From a virus, in IMG/VR virus record IMGVR_UViG_3300031965_000007, positions 27,793 to 91,792 of that record: DNA of 64,000 nt, one strand, 5' to 3'. Positions 1-8,820 of the stretch are shown in pieces. Under the pieces are notes generated by a model. The model did not search any database. It was not told the DNA's origin and saw only the letters and a program-made list of their open reading frames with translations. The position numbers and the translations under genes were made by a program. The stretch's first letter is position 1; every line of letters starts with the position of its first letter.

Positions 1-111
1 TGGCGTCGTTCTTGGAGTGGGTTGCCCAAACCAAGCGCGAGGCCGAACGTGAAGGAGGTCTGCTCGATCAGTGCGAGCGTGACTACGTGAATCGAGAAGA
101 GGAGGATCAGG

Positions 112-303
112 ATGAAGAAGTTGAAGAAGGCAGCCCGCAAAGTGCGTAACGCCGAAGGCGACGCGTGGTTTGCGGCTGTTCTTAGCGCTTTGCACGGCGG
201 TGCATCGTCGGAGGTCGCGGTAACTCGCGCTGACGCCGTCATCGCTTCGATGAAGGACAGGTATGGCGAGTCGATCGCCAGTGTGGCCGAAGCGGCCGAG
301 TAA
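112..303 (+). CDS. small hypothetical phage protein (probable paralog of 553-792)
   Basis: GGAGGA RBS upstream; shares AExxxW..V...LH...V.RAD.I pattern with 553-792. Confidence 0.7.
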   Translation: MKKLKKAARKVRNAEGDAWFAAVLSALHGGASSEVAVTRADAVIASMKDRYGESIASVAEAAE

Positions 304-318
304 GGAGAGAAGGACAGC

Positions 319-474
319 ATGGACTACAAGGCATTGCGAAAAGCAGAAGACGCTCTCGACAAAGCGGTCGTGAAGTACGAGGACCAGGAGACTGGTACCA
401 AAGGTCACGACCGCGCAGTGCAAGCGGTTGTCGACGCGGCTGTGCAGTGGTCGGCTGCTCGCGAAGCAGAGTGA
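319..474 (+). CDS. small hypothetical protein (51 aa, MDYKALRKAEDALDK...)
   Basis: not in ORF track; ATG 319, TGA 472-474, AAGGA upstream, fills the gap. Confidence 0.65.
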   Translation: MDYKALRKAEDALDKAVVKYEDQETGTKGHDRAVQAVVDAAVQWSAAREAE

Positions 475-497
475 CCTGTACGCAGATGGGCGTGAAG

Positions 498-537
498 ACA
501 CCCTGCTAGCCTTGATCGGTTGGCAGGGTGTTTTGTT
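498..537 (+). terminator. rho-independent terminator
   Basis: stem ACACCCTGCTAGCC / GGTTGGCAGGGTGT (with G-U pairs) followed by a T-rich tract. Confidence 0.7.
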
Positions 538-552
538 GGGAGGGTAAGGGTT

Positions 553-792
553 ATGGCAAAGGGCATAGACAATGTAGAGGATCTGCCTCCAACGTCGTTC
601 CGTAGATCAGCTGAAGCCGAGGTCTGGGTCAGGGTGGTGTGCTCTTTGCATGAGCACAGCGGTCTCGGCTTGTCTCCTCTAGATGTCGTAGCGCGTGCAG
701 ATTCGATCGTTTCGAAGTTCAGGCAGCGTAACGCGTCGACGCCTCGTCAGCGCGCCCTGCAGCAGGCGAAAGGCAAAGACTATGCCTACTGA
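553..792 (+). CDS. hypothetical protein
   Basis: ATG 553 after AAGGG; similar to 112-303. Confidence 0.65.
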   Translation: MAKGIDNVEDLPPTSFRRSAEAEVWVRVVCSLHEHSGLGLSPLDVVARADSIVSKFRQRNASTPRQRALQQAKGKDYAY

Positions 793-1069
793 TCTCAAAG
801 AGCACTTCGACGCTGGTCCTCTCACAGATCTGCCTGGGCACTGCAAGTGGTGCGGCGGGGTGATACCAGACGGCACTGAGTTCCTCATGCATGATCCTGG
901 GTACGAGCGGGGCAACGCCGCAGCTGGCGATCCCGTCGCCTTCTGCACAGCTGAGTGCTTGTACAAGGCAGAGCGCATCTTTGACGGCATGACCCAAAGT
1001 CAACTGGCCCAAGTAGAAGCAGCAATCGAGCAGGTACGATCCGAAGACACTACGACGAGGAAGCACTGA
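782..1069 (+). CDS. hypothetical Zn-binding protein (CKWC...CTAEC)
   Basis: overlaps the end of the previous ORF; four-Cys motif. Confidence 0.65.
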   Translation: MPTDLKEHFDAGPLTDLPGHCKWCGGVIPDGTEFLMHDPGYERGNAAAGDPVAFCTAECLYKAERIFDGMTQSQLAQVEAAIEQVRSEDTTTRKH

Positions 1070-1070
1070 C

Positions 1071-1220
1071 ATGGACATGAGCATGAAGAAGGCACGCAAG
1101 CTGCGAGATCCTACGATGCCGTTTCGAGCTTGGGCTCGAAAGCACGTTCGGCGTTCGTTGCTGGCGAATCCCACAGGCAAGCTCGAGCACATCTGCACCG
1201 GGCCTCACAAGAGCGAATAG
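1071..1220 (+). CDS. small basic hypothetical protein (49 aa)
   Basis: not in ORF track; ATG directly after previous stop, GAGGA upstream, TAG 1218-1220. Confidence 0.55.
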   Translation: MDMSMKKARKLRDPTMPFRAWARKHVRRSLLANPTGKLEHICTGPHKSE

Positions 1221-1228
1221 GAGCGCGT

Positions 1229-1489
1229 ATGATCTATCAAGAGCACAACGGCATGGAACACCCAGAGCCGGCACCGACCGAAGGGCAGGCAAGGATCCAG
1301 CAGTATGGCAAGCTGCTTGAGATCCGATTCAAAGCAGGCACGACGGACATGTGGATCCAGATGGACGCAGATGCCGTACGATTGGCCCTCTCGCCGGCGT
1401 GTTGCTCGCACGAGACGGATGTGCTGGTGCACGCGGTACGCGGGATGGAAGAAGTCCCAGCCTACAATCCCCCGATATCGAGACGATGA
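1229..1489 (+). CDS. hypothetical protein
   Basis: AGGAG RBS, ATG 1229, ATGA overlap with next gene. Confidence 0.65.
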   Translation: MIYQEHNGMEHPEPAPTEGQARIQQYGKLLEIRFKAGTTDMWIQMDADAVRLALSPACCSHETDVLVHAVRGMEEVPAYNPPISRR

Positions 1490-1683
1490 GCTGCATCTAC
1501 GCCGCAGAGGTGCACCTGGTTCGCATAGAGTGTGACGAGCCGGGGTGCAACGCGTTCATCAAGCCACACCCCGAGATCTCCCGGTCTGGTTGGTCTAAGA
1601 AGGGCGTGATCTGGGCAAATGGAGATCAGCTCGAGTGGTACTACTGCCCGGCACACCGGCACACGGAGAACGACGATGGATGA
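1486..1683 (+). CDS. small Zn-finger-like protein (CDEPGC...CPAH)
   Basis: ATGA coupling; Cys/His motif common in small phage proteins. Confidence 0.7.
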   Translation: MSCIYAAEVHLVRIECDEPGCNAFIKPHPEISRSGWSKKGVIWANGDQLEWYYCPAHRHTENDDG

Positions 1684-2056
1684 ACAATCATGCAAAGACG
1701 CTGCGGCAAGGTTCAGGTCAGCGGGCTGGAACGTAAGGGCTGTTCGGACCAGGTACAGCTGGAACCTAGCCGCGATCACAAAGGAAGATCGGCAGATCTT
1801 CTCCGACACCGAGAGCGACGTCACACGCTGGATTGCTGGCGACATGATCGCCCGCTTGGCTCAGTCGACGGCTAGCGACATCTCGTACTTGGCAGGCTAT
1901 GCAGACGCCACAAAGGACGTGGTTCGGTATCTGCGCTCTGCCGACGTGATTGATTCAGGGATCACAGCCAGCCAGTTCGCGCAACTCGTTGCCTCTCGTA
2001 TCGAGAGCGGCGTACACCGACCGACGATCCTTGCCGCGGCCGAACACGATGGCTGA
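1676..2056 (+). CDS. hypothetical protein
   Basis: GGAG RBS; tiles with neighbours. Confidence 0.65.
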   Translation: MDEQSCKDAAARFRSAGWNVRAVRTRYSWNLAAITKEDRQIFSDTESDVTRWIAGDMIARLAQSTASDISYLAGYADATKDVVRYLRSADVIDSGITASQFAQLVASRIESGVHRPTILAAAEHDG

Positions 2057-2267
2057 ACCGCTATCACCGTACCAGAAGATCATTCGAGCGATGCGAGGTG
2101 CGCGCGGGCTGACTCTTACGCGAGAGGAGGTCCTTCAGCTCTCGATGGACGACGCGATCGAATCCTTAGCTGACAACGATTGCGCTGATCAAGGGAGGTG
2201 CAACCGCTGCTACCGACTTTTCGGTCTGTCCAAGAATCGATGCAAGTGCAAAGTACGAGGAGAATAG
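2049..2267 (+). CDS. hypothetical protein with C-terminal Cys cluster
   Basis: tiles the operon; CNRC...CKC. Confidence 0.6.
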   Translation: MAEPLSPYQKIIRAMRGARGLTLTREEVLQLSMDDAIESLADNDCADQGRCNRCYRLFGLSKNRCKCKVRGE

Positions 2268-2270
2268 ATC

Positions 2271-2636
2271 ATGAAGCTTTGGGCGAAAACAGAAGAGTTC
2301 AGCGAAGGCAAGTTCTTGGTGGTGCGCAGAGATGGTACGATCCCTGCCTGGCCGCACTTCGTGATGGGTGCGCGAGATCCTGCCGTACCACCTGCACTTC
2401 GCGCGTACGCAGACGCTGCGAGCGACTTGGGTTACGATCTGGAGTACGTGCAGAGCATACGAGATCTTGCAGACGACTTTGACAGGTACAGGGAGCAGGA
2501 AGGCGCAGGTGACGCCGACGCGGCCCCGCATCGAGAAGATGCGCAAGACGTCATTGACGCCATGAGAAGCGTTCGCAAGAACCAACTGATCTGCACTTCC
2601 ATCAAAGTTCGCACTTCGCGTAACGAAGGAAAGTAG
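2271..2636 (+). CDS. conserved-looking phage hypothetical protein
   Basis: GAGGAG RBS; KFLVVRRDG...FVMGARDPAVPPALRAYA motif typical of a widespread small phage family. Confidence 0.75.
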   Translation: MKLWAKTEEFSEGKFLVVRRDGTIPAWPHFVMGARDPAVPPALRAYADAASDLGYDLEYVQSIRDLADDFDRYREQEGAGDADAAPHREDAQDVIDAMRSVRKNQLICTSIKVRTSRNEGK

Positions 2637-2646
2637 CCGCGATCAA

Positions 2647-2892
2647 ATGACGGTCAAGGCAACTTTCCGCGTCGTGCACTTCACAAAGTGTGATCGGTAC
2701 GTCGCAATGGCATGGAACTATGACGAAGCGGTTCTGATCAGCACCGTTCCGCACCCAACCTACACCGAGGCGAGGCAAGACTTGCAGGAGACCGCTGCTT
2801 CTCTTGGTGTTGAACTTCAGTGGTTCGACGGCTCGTACAGGTGCGGTGGCGAGGGCTACCCGATCCTCAGCATTGCGAGCGAGTTGGCTTGA
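2647..2892 (+). CDS. hypothetical protein
   Basis: ORF tiling on + strand. Confidence 0.6.
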   Translation: MTVKATFRVVHFTKCDRYVAMAWNYDEAVLISTVPHPTYTEARQDLQETAASLGVELQWFDGSYRCGGEGYPILSIASELA

Positions 2893-2901
2893 AAGGCAGA
2901 A

Positions 2902-3168
2902 GTGATGCGAGAACAGGCTTGGACAAGCAAAGGCAAGTGGGTCGGAGAAGGTGATCCGCCACCAGCCTCTCCTGCTCTTTCGGTTCCGCACGAACCGTGC
3001 GAGATCGAGAGGTGCGGCGTCTTCGTATGCGCTTGGTGTCAGCGCGCAGTACCTTGGTGCTTCGGCGCATCGAGCGGAGACGACTTCGAAGATCTGCTCT
3101 GCAACGACTGCTGGTGTGATCGGTACCCTACACCAACCGAGCAAGACGCGGCGTTGGCACGAGGCTGA
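2902..3168 (+). CDS. Cys-rich hypothetical protein
   Basis: CAWC...CNDC motifs; AAGG upstream. Confidence 0.6.
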   Translation: MMREQAWTSKGKWVGEGDPPPASPALSVPHEPCEIERCGVFVCAWCQRAVPWCFGASSGDDFEDLLCNDCWCDRYPTPTEQDAALARG

Positions 3169-3173
3169 AACCC

Positions 3174-3362
3174 GTGACTGATCCAACGCGCTTCCACGTC
3201 TACCCGCTCTACGATGCAGAAGATGCAGAGCACGAGCAGGAGAACCGATCCAAGCCGCAAGTCTTCGCACGCGAGGACGCATGCTGGCTATGCCAGCAAG
3301 GTCTGTGCACGCAGATCCTTGTGGATGAGAACCTAGTCGTTCACGGATTACTACCAACCTGA
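3174..3362 (+). CDS. small hypothetical protein
   Basis: GAGG RBS; HVYPxxD...H...C.....VVH motif. Confidence 0.6.
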   Translation: MTDPTRFHVYPLYDAEDAEHEQENRSKPQVFAREDACWLCQQGLCTQILVDENLVVHGLLPT

Positions 3363-3375
3363 AGGGATTCACACC

Positions 3376-3750
3376 ATGAAGCAGAAGATCATTATGAACG
3401 GGACACTGCGCGGCGAAGCTGTGACTGCTGAGATCCTAGACCTCGCAGAGTTCGTCAACAGCCAGCCGAGCGCTCCCATCTTCGTCACGTTCACCGAAGG
3501 AAACTCGCTCGCGCAGGTACGGAAGGAGGAGATCTCGTGGTCGCATGTCACGACGTGGCCCTACGTCGACGACGCTGAGGTCGGGCACATCGACCAGGTC
3601 TACGATCAGTACGAAGTCACTCAAGACGGCACGACTGCCTTGATCCCTAAGCTGACGCGTAGGATGCTGGAGTCTGCTGACAAGGTGGTCGGCGTGCGAA
3701 ACGGTAACCGGTACACCTTGAAGGATCGCAACGGCAAGGTAGGCCAATGA
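3376..3750 (+). CDS. hypothetical protein
   Basis: AAGGGA RBS; ATGA overlap with next gene. Confidence 0.7.
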   Translation: MKQKIIMNGTLRGEAVTAEILDLAEFVNSQPSAPIFVTFTEGNSLAQVRKEEISWSHVTTWPYVDDAEVGHIDQVYDQYEVTQDGTTALIPKLTRRMLESADKVVGVRNGNRYTLKDRNGKVGQ

Positions 3751-4010
3751 GCGCGAAGTTCGATTGTCAGATTGAGGTCGTTCTGCGCGTGGAGCCGTCT
3801 CTACTGGATCGTGCCTTGACGCCAGAGTGGCAGGACTCCTTCTACACGTTCGAGGACAGAGAGGCAGTGGCAGCGCACCTGGCCTACAACTTGGTACAAG
3901 GTCGATCGCTATCTTCGCTGGATGGCTGGGCCGACTGCGAGGACTCCGCCGCAACGGTTGAGATCCTGGATGCCACGGCATGGGACTGCGCGAAGCAGTC
4001 GGGAGGTTGA
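3747..4010 (+). CDS. hypothetical protein
   Basis: ATGA coupling. Confidence 0.65.
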   Translation: MSAKFDCQIEVVLRVEPSLLDRALTPEWQDSFYTFEDREAVAAHLAYNLVQGRSLSSLDGWADCEDSAATVEILDATAWDCAKQSGG

Positions 4011-4014
4011 CCGC

Positions 4015-4716
4015 ATGATCAAAGATCAAATGGGCGACTACTTGGAAGTTGAGATCGTTGTTCGCATGAGGAACTCGGCCAGCAAAGTCATCGGAACGAC
4101 AAAGACCGTCCTTCGATCAGACAAGTCGGCAACATCAATTCAACGATCTCAGATCTCGCACACCTTGACAGCGCTGGTGCGCAAAGAGCTGAAAGATCGC
4201 GAAGACGGAAAAGACGGCGAGATCGACTCTCTCGTGAATACGGGTCGCGTCAGTAGCCGCTTACCAGAGTTGGTCAGCGATCAGCGAGAACCGTCTTCGC
4301 ACACTGATTGGCGGCATAAACTCGCTGAGAGAGCAAACCTCGCACAAACCCTTCTCGACCGCGCCAAGGTGCTGCTGAACCAAGCAGACGGCATGTCTGC
4401 AGTGAACGGCGAATACCAAGAAGAGTGGGAGCAGAACAGGGCGGCGTGGCTCAACGATCTCTCGGTCTATGCTGGTTTTCGCCTAGCAGAATCACGCGGG
4501 TATGAGCCGCTGAGCCGAAAGACCTTCGGCAAGGTGCTAGACAACATCAAAGATGCGTTCAGGCGTGCGGATCGAGATGAGCAGCGCGATTGGCTCGAAG
4601 CCGTCAACAGCATGCTGAACACGCTCGACCACAACGATTTCTTTGGCTCTGAAGGGCAGTGCGATCCGCGCGGTGACCGCCGTTCGATGGATACTCGCGA
4701 TTTCGACGACGCATGA
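4015..4716 (+). CDS. hypothetical protein, composite, with C-terminal FFGSEGQCDPRGD motif
   Basis: GGAGG RBS before ATG 4015; long ORF. Confidence 0.7.
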   Translation: MIKDQMGDYLEVEIVVRMRNSASKVIGTTKTVLRSDKSATSIQRSQISHTLTALVRKELKDREDGKDGEIDSLVNTGRVSSRLPELVSDQREPSSHTDWRHKLAERANLAQTLLDRAKVLLNQADGMSAVNGEYQEEWEQNRAAWLNDLSVYAGFRLAESRGYEPLSRKTFGKVLDNIKDAFRRADRDEQRDWLEAVNSMLNTLDHNDFFGSEGQCDPRGDRRSMDTRDFDDA

Positions 4717-4725
4717 AGGAAAAGC

Positions 4726-4872
4726 ATGGCACAGGTGTTTTGGCGGATCATGTGCTGGTTAGGTCGCCATCGTGAAGACGTCGCAGGACTCCAAAGCGAC
4801 GGGCGCGGAATCCTGATCTGCCGGCACTGCGGCAAACGCCGCGTGACACACGATGTGGCTTGGTTCGACTAA
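4726..4872 (+). CDS. small Zn-ribbon phage protein (CWLGRH...CRHCG; DUF1660-like)
   Basis: not in ORF track; AAGGA RBS, ATG 4726, TAA 4870-4872. Confidence 0.65.
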   Translation: MAQVFWRIMCWLGRHREDVAGLQSDGRGILICRHCGKRRVTHDVAWFD

Positions 4873-4883
4873 AGGAGCGCAAG

Positions 4884-5270
4884 ATGAAACAGCCTGTTGA
4901 AGTAGTTTGTGCCTTGATCCAAGACTTTCACCGAACCAGCGTATTCCTAGCGAAGAGGTCTTCGTCTTCGCTTCGACCTGATCTCTGGGAGTTCCCAGGC
5001 GGCAAGGTCGAGGAAGGCGAGCCACACGAGCAGGCTCTGCAGCGCGAGCTTGGTGGGAAACTACAAGTCGAATCCACGATTGGTAAGCCGATCACTACCG
5101 TATCTATCGATTTCGAAGTCTCGGCCAGAATCAGTCTCTACGACGTGCGGATCTGGCAAACTCCTCGCGTTACGGCGTTAGATTGGGCGGTCAAGCACAT
5201 GCCGTTGGTGCCGAGCTGCTACCTCTTTTACCGACAGGCAGCTCTCTGGCTCGCAACAGACGGAGCGTGA
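4884..5270 (+). CDS. Nudix (MutT-like) protein with degenerate Nudix box
   Basis: LWEFPGGKVEEGEPHEQALQRELGGKL; the canonical RELxEExG glutamates are replaced by GK. Confidence 0.8.
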   Translation: MKQPVEVVCALIQDFHRTSVFLAKRSSSSLRPDLWEFPGGKVEEGEPHEQALQRELGGKLQVESTIGKPITTVSIDFEVSARISLYDVRIWQTPRVTALDWAVKHMPLVPSCYLFYRQAALWLATDGA

Positions 5271-5271
5271 A

Positions 5272-5538
5272 GTGTGGATCAAGACCGTCAAAGACCTCAT
5301 GTTCGCACTGCGCATGGGTAACTATGCGTGGCCAGGAGGCTACCCACTTTTCTTCCTCACAGCAGACCGCGGCGCGCTCCACCCGAACACGGTTCGATCA
5401 GAGCTTTGGCAGATCGCTCGCGCCGTCCGAGACAAGGACAACGCGCAGTGGCGAGTGATCGCGTGCGACGTCAACTGGGAAGACTCAGAACTGTACGACG
5501 CGCACACAAATGAGAAGATCGAGGCGGCGTACGCGTAG
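5272..5538 (+). CDS. conserved phage hypothetical protein (YAWPGGYP family)
   Basis: AWPGGYPLFF...VNWED..LY...IEAAY motif. Confidence 0.75.
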   Translation: MWIKTVKDLMFALRMGNYAWPGGYPLFFLTADRGALHPNTVRSELWQIARAVRDKDNAQWRVIACDVNWEDSELYDAHTNEKIEAAYA

Positions 5539-5712
5539 CCCCCGAAAACCTCTACGCCAGATCAAAAACCACCCACCCAGCACCACACGCCGTTTGTGCG
5601 TTTCAGAACGCATAAGGTGCAGAGGGAGAAGGGATAGGGACAAGAACGAAGAAGTGCGCTAGGCTATCCGCTACACCTGTTGATCCTATCGGCTGCCAAG
5701 GCGGAAGAAGCG

Positions 5713-6459
5713 ATGGCCAGACGCAAATATACGAAAGAGCTGTATGATCGCCTCGTGCAAGGGTTCAGGGAGGCCCCAAATAATTTTTCGCACGCCTCCC
5801 GGATCGCTGGATGTGATCGCAGAGCTGCTCAACGCGCATACGAACTTGGATGGCCTGCGCGATCATGGGCCATACCCATCAAAGACTACCTCGCTGCGGA
5901 GAAGGAGAGGATCCGTGCCGAGCGCCAAAAGCAGCTTGAAGCCCAGCGCGAGAGCGAGTCTGAGATGCGCGAGAAGGCCCAGACTGATGCAATCGCTGCC
6001 CAAACGCAAGAGGCAGCCGGTTCTGCCCAGGCACGCGCCAACGCGCTAGCTCTCGCAGGCGTTATCGGGCGCATCGCAGTGGCGTGCGTCCCACTCTCTG
6101 ATCGCATCGCAAAAGCACTCCGCGAAGACATCTCGATGACGCCGCAACAGGCGCTCAAACTCTTCAGCTCCATGGCCTACGTGGTGCGGCAAGGGAACGA
6201 GACACTGAAGCTCGCTCTCGAGATCGAGCGACTGCGGGTAGGCGAGCCCACATCGATCTTCAGGCTCCAGGCAGACGAGATGACGGTAGATGACGTCGCG
6301 GATTCCCTCTCGCACCTTCACCGAACGCTCCAGCGCGCTGTGGCGCGCGGCGAATCCATGGAAACTCTTGAGCAGGCGTTGGAGCACATTCCCGGCAACG
6401 ACGAGGATGAAGACGACGTTGAGGATGACGAAGAAGAGGACGCCGAGGAGCTGCACTAA
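5713..6459 (+). CDS. probable terminase small subunit
   Basis: N-terminal HTH-like segment, coiled coil, acidic tail; stop overlaps the terL start. Confidence 0.65.
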   Translation: MARRKYTKELYDRLVQGFREAPNNFSHASRIAGCDRRAAQRAYELGWPARSWAIPIKDYLAAEKERIRAERQKQLEAQRESESEMREKAQTDAIAAQTQEAAGSAQARANALALAGVIGRIAVACVPLSDRIAKALREDISMTPQQALKLFSSMAYVVRQGNETLKLALEIERLRVGEPTSIFRLQADEMTVDDVADSLSHLHRTLQRAVARGESMETLEQALEHIPGNDEDEDDVEDDEEEDAEELH

Positions 6460-7988
6460 TGCCCGCCGTGGATCGTGCAGAACTGCAGGCGATGCGCGAA
6501 GACCTTGCGCGCTGGGTGGTTTCGAATCCGCGTGTGGCCCGGAAGGTGGCGCGAGAGTACCGCGATTTGCGTATTCGCGTTGCGCGTATCGACCCGAATG
6601 AGTTCGTCGAGTTCGTGATCAAGGACGAGAAGACTGGCGGTGCTGTATACCAGGAACCGATCCACGAAGAGTTCCAGAGACTGGCAGACGAATACGACCG
6701 CTTGATCCTCTGGGCGCATGTCGAAGGTGGCAAGACCACGCAGCTCGGAATCGGGCGCACTCTGTGGCTCCTCGGCAGAGATCCGAACATGCGCATTGGC
6801 GTCGTCTCCAGCTCCGCCAGAAACCAGGCGTCGAAGATCACCGAGACGCTGAAAAACTACATCGAGAAGTCGCCGCAGCTTCACGCCGTTTTTCCACACC
6901 TGCGCCCTGGCCGAATGTGGACCTCGAGCGCGTTCACAGTCGACCGTACCGTGTTGTCGAAAGATCCGACGGTGCAGAGCACTTCACTCGAGACGTCGTC
7001 GCTGACTGGTTCGCGTATCGACCACTTTTTGATCGACGACATCCTGACGTTCGACAACACCCGCACGCAGGAGCAGCGAGAGCGCGTTCTGCAGTGGCTC
7101 ATGTCGTCGACGATCATGGGTCGTGTTGAAGCAGCCGGGCGCGTGATCTTCCTCGGCAACGCCTTCCACCCAGAAGACGCTATGCATAAGCTGGCGCAGA
7201 ATCTTGGGTGGCACTTCGCGAAGTTCCCTGTCTACGACGATCGAGGTGAGCCCGCATGGCCTGCCCGCTGGCCGCGAGAACGTATCGAGAAGCGCCGCAG
7301 CGAGATCCATCCAGACGAGTTCGCGCGGCAGCTCCTCTGCCTGGCGCGCGATGACTCCTCGGGCAGGTTCAAACGAGAGTGGATCCACAAGTGCATGGAC
7401 CGCGGCGTGGGGAAGAAGTTCGCGAATGCGCTCAATGCGCTGCCGCCTGGCTACGCGGTCTACACTGGCGTCGATCTTGCAGTAGGCAAGAAGAAGACGT
7501 CGGCCCTCACCTGCCTCTTTACGATCGTGGTGCACCCAAACGGTGACCGAGAGGTTGTGGCACCGCCGGATACTGGCCGATGGGCAGGTAACGAGATCGT
7601 CAGCCGCATCATTGACACCCACAACCGCTTCAACTCGATCGTGTATGTCGAGAACAACGGTGTGCAGCAGTACATCGTCGACTTCACGAAGGATCAGTCC
7701 GCTGTTCCGTGCAAGCCGCTCTTCACAGGCAAGAACAAGACGCACCCAGAGTTCGGCATCGAGGGCATGGCCACAGAGATGTCGAATGGCAAGTGGATCA
7801 TTCCGTCGTACGGCGACCATCGCTCCCACCCGGAGATCATGGCATGGGCAGACGAGCTGGTTTACTACGACCCTCGAGCCCACGCAGGCGACCGTTTGAT
7901 GGCAAGCTGGATCGCGCGGCAAGGAGCGAAGGAGTGGGAGAAGCGCCCGAAGATGCGGACAGGGCGTCTCGATCTCTTGGTGCGCTGA
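6459..7988 (+). CDS. terL: terminase large subunit
   Basis: Walker A-like HVEGGKTT, Walker B FLIDD, coupling motif LGN, nuclease YTGVDLA, VENN, and C-terminal GDRLMA. Confidence 0.93.
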   Translation: MPAVDRAELQAMREDLARWVVSNPRVARKVAREYRDLRIRVARIDPNEFVEFVIKDEKTGGAVYQEPIHEEFQRLADEYDRLILWAHVEGGKTTQLGIGRTLWLLGRDPNMRIGVVSSSARNQASKITETLKNYIEKSPQLHAVFPHLRPGRMWTSSAFTVDRTVLSKDPTVQSTSLETSSLTGSRIDHFLIDDILTFDNTRTQEQRERVLQWLMSSTIMGRVEAAGRVIFLGNAFHPEDAMHKLAQNLGWHFAKFPVYDDRGEPAWPARWPRERIEKRRSEIHPDEFARQLLCLARDDSSGRFKREWIHKCMDRGVGKKFANALNALPPGYAVYTGVDLAVGKKKTSALTCLFTIVVHPNGDREVVAPPDTGRWAGNEIVSRIIDTHNRFNSIVYVENNGVQQYIVDFTKDQSAVPCKPLFTGKNKTHPEFGIEGMATEMSNGKWIIPSYGDHRSHPEIMAWADELVYYDPRAHAGDRLMASWIARQGAKEWEKRPKMRTGRLDLLVR

Positions 7989-8034
7989 TTTTCTCTGCGA
8001 CCGCGAATATCGAGGAGGCCGCACAAGACTACTT

Positions 8035-8187
8035 TTCGCAGGATCGCGATTCCGCCGCGCCCTACCAGCCAGAGAGGTTGTCCCGAAGTTTAGCGGCGTC
8101 AGGGTCTCGGGTATGGGCTATGCGATGAACCGCACCTTTCTGCCGCTTCGGTGCGTGGAGCAGACACGACTGTCGCGATCCTGCGAA
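8035..8187 (+). ncRNA. candidate structured RNA/element closed by a perfect 15-bp inverted repeat
   Basis: TTCGCAGGATCGCGA (8035-8049) / TCGCGATCCTGCGAA (8173-8187), with internal stems; intergenic. Confidence 0.5.
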
Positions 8188-8210
8188 CCTTTCGCCTAAG
8201 GAGATCACCT

Positions 8211-8426
8211 ATGCAAGTCGAGTGGACACGAGAAAGGCCTGCGTCACCTGGCCACTACTGGAAGTACGGCGTCAAGATCGAGCTTGTTCGCGTTGTGGCT
8301 GAGAAAGGGACCTTGCTCGGTCTTGACGGTGACGCCGTTGTGCCGATCAATGAGTACGCCAGTCACGTGCTGTGGGCGCCTGCGGTCCTGCCTGATCCGC
8401 CTGTTCGTAAGGAGGTGCCGCGATGA
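8211..8426 (+). CDS. small phage protein (WTxExPxxPGxYW family)
   Basis: AAGGAG RBS; WTRERPASPGHYW motif. Confidence 0.75.
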   Translation: MQVEWTRERPASPGHYWKYGVKIELVRVVAEKGTLLGLDGDAVVPINEYASHVLWAPAVLPDPPVRKEVPR

Positions 8427-8671
8427 TTTGGTCTGACGGCAAGAAGTACCGCTGTGACCAGTGCCAGAGTAGTTGGCCGCCGCGCCAGCGTTACCTCGTC
8501 TGGCCGATCCGTGTGTCGTGGCGACCTAGGAGTGGGCAGCAGAAGTTCTTCTCGGCGCATGGTGTAGAGATCGGCTCTGGCGTCATGCCAGGTCAGCGCG
8601 TTGAGGAGATCTACTTCAAGCGCGTGGTCAGGGTCGGCCCTGTCGTCGTTGTCCTTGGGGACGTAGGATGA
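8423..8671 (+). CDS. hypothetical protein
   Basis: AAGGAGG RBS; ATGA coupling. Confidence 0.65.
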   Translation: MIWSDGKKYRCDQCQSSWPPRQRYLVWPIRVSWRPRSGQQKFFSAHGVEIGSGVMPGQRVEEIYFKRVVRVGPVVVVLGDVG

Positions 8672-8820
8672 GGAAGCACTTGTGGAACGTCGCCTACGTT
8701 TACTTCGTAGGCGGTTCGATCGCTGTCTGGTACGTTGTTCAGGTTGCCATTGATCGCGAGACGGCAAAGAACGGAGCCGACTTCATCGAGAAGATCGCTC
8801 GATACGTGGGGCCGCTATGA
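8668..8820 (+). CDS. small single-TM membrane protein (50 aa)
   Basis: not in ORF track; ATGA-coupled at both ends; hydrophobic LWNVAYVYFVGGSIAVWYVVQVAI. Confidence 0.65.
   Translation: MRKHLWNVAYVYFVGGSIAVWYVVQVAIDRETAKNGADFIEKIARYVGPL

Noticed and set aside
6459-7988. Intron or intein in terminase, capsid or ligase
   Set aside because: Lengths are normal and there are no intein (C...HN) or homing endonuclease motifs
6984-8024. Long antisense ORFs (e.g. 6984-8024, 27908-28858, 20879-21718, 63083-63880)
   Set aside because: Shadow ORFs expected opposite GC-rich genes; no RBS or motifs, and the other strand has clear function
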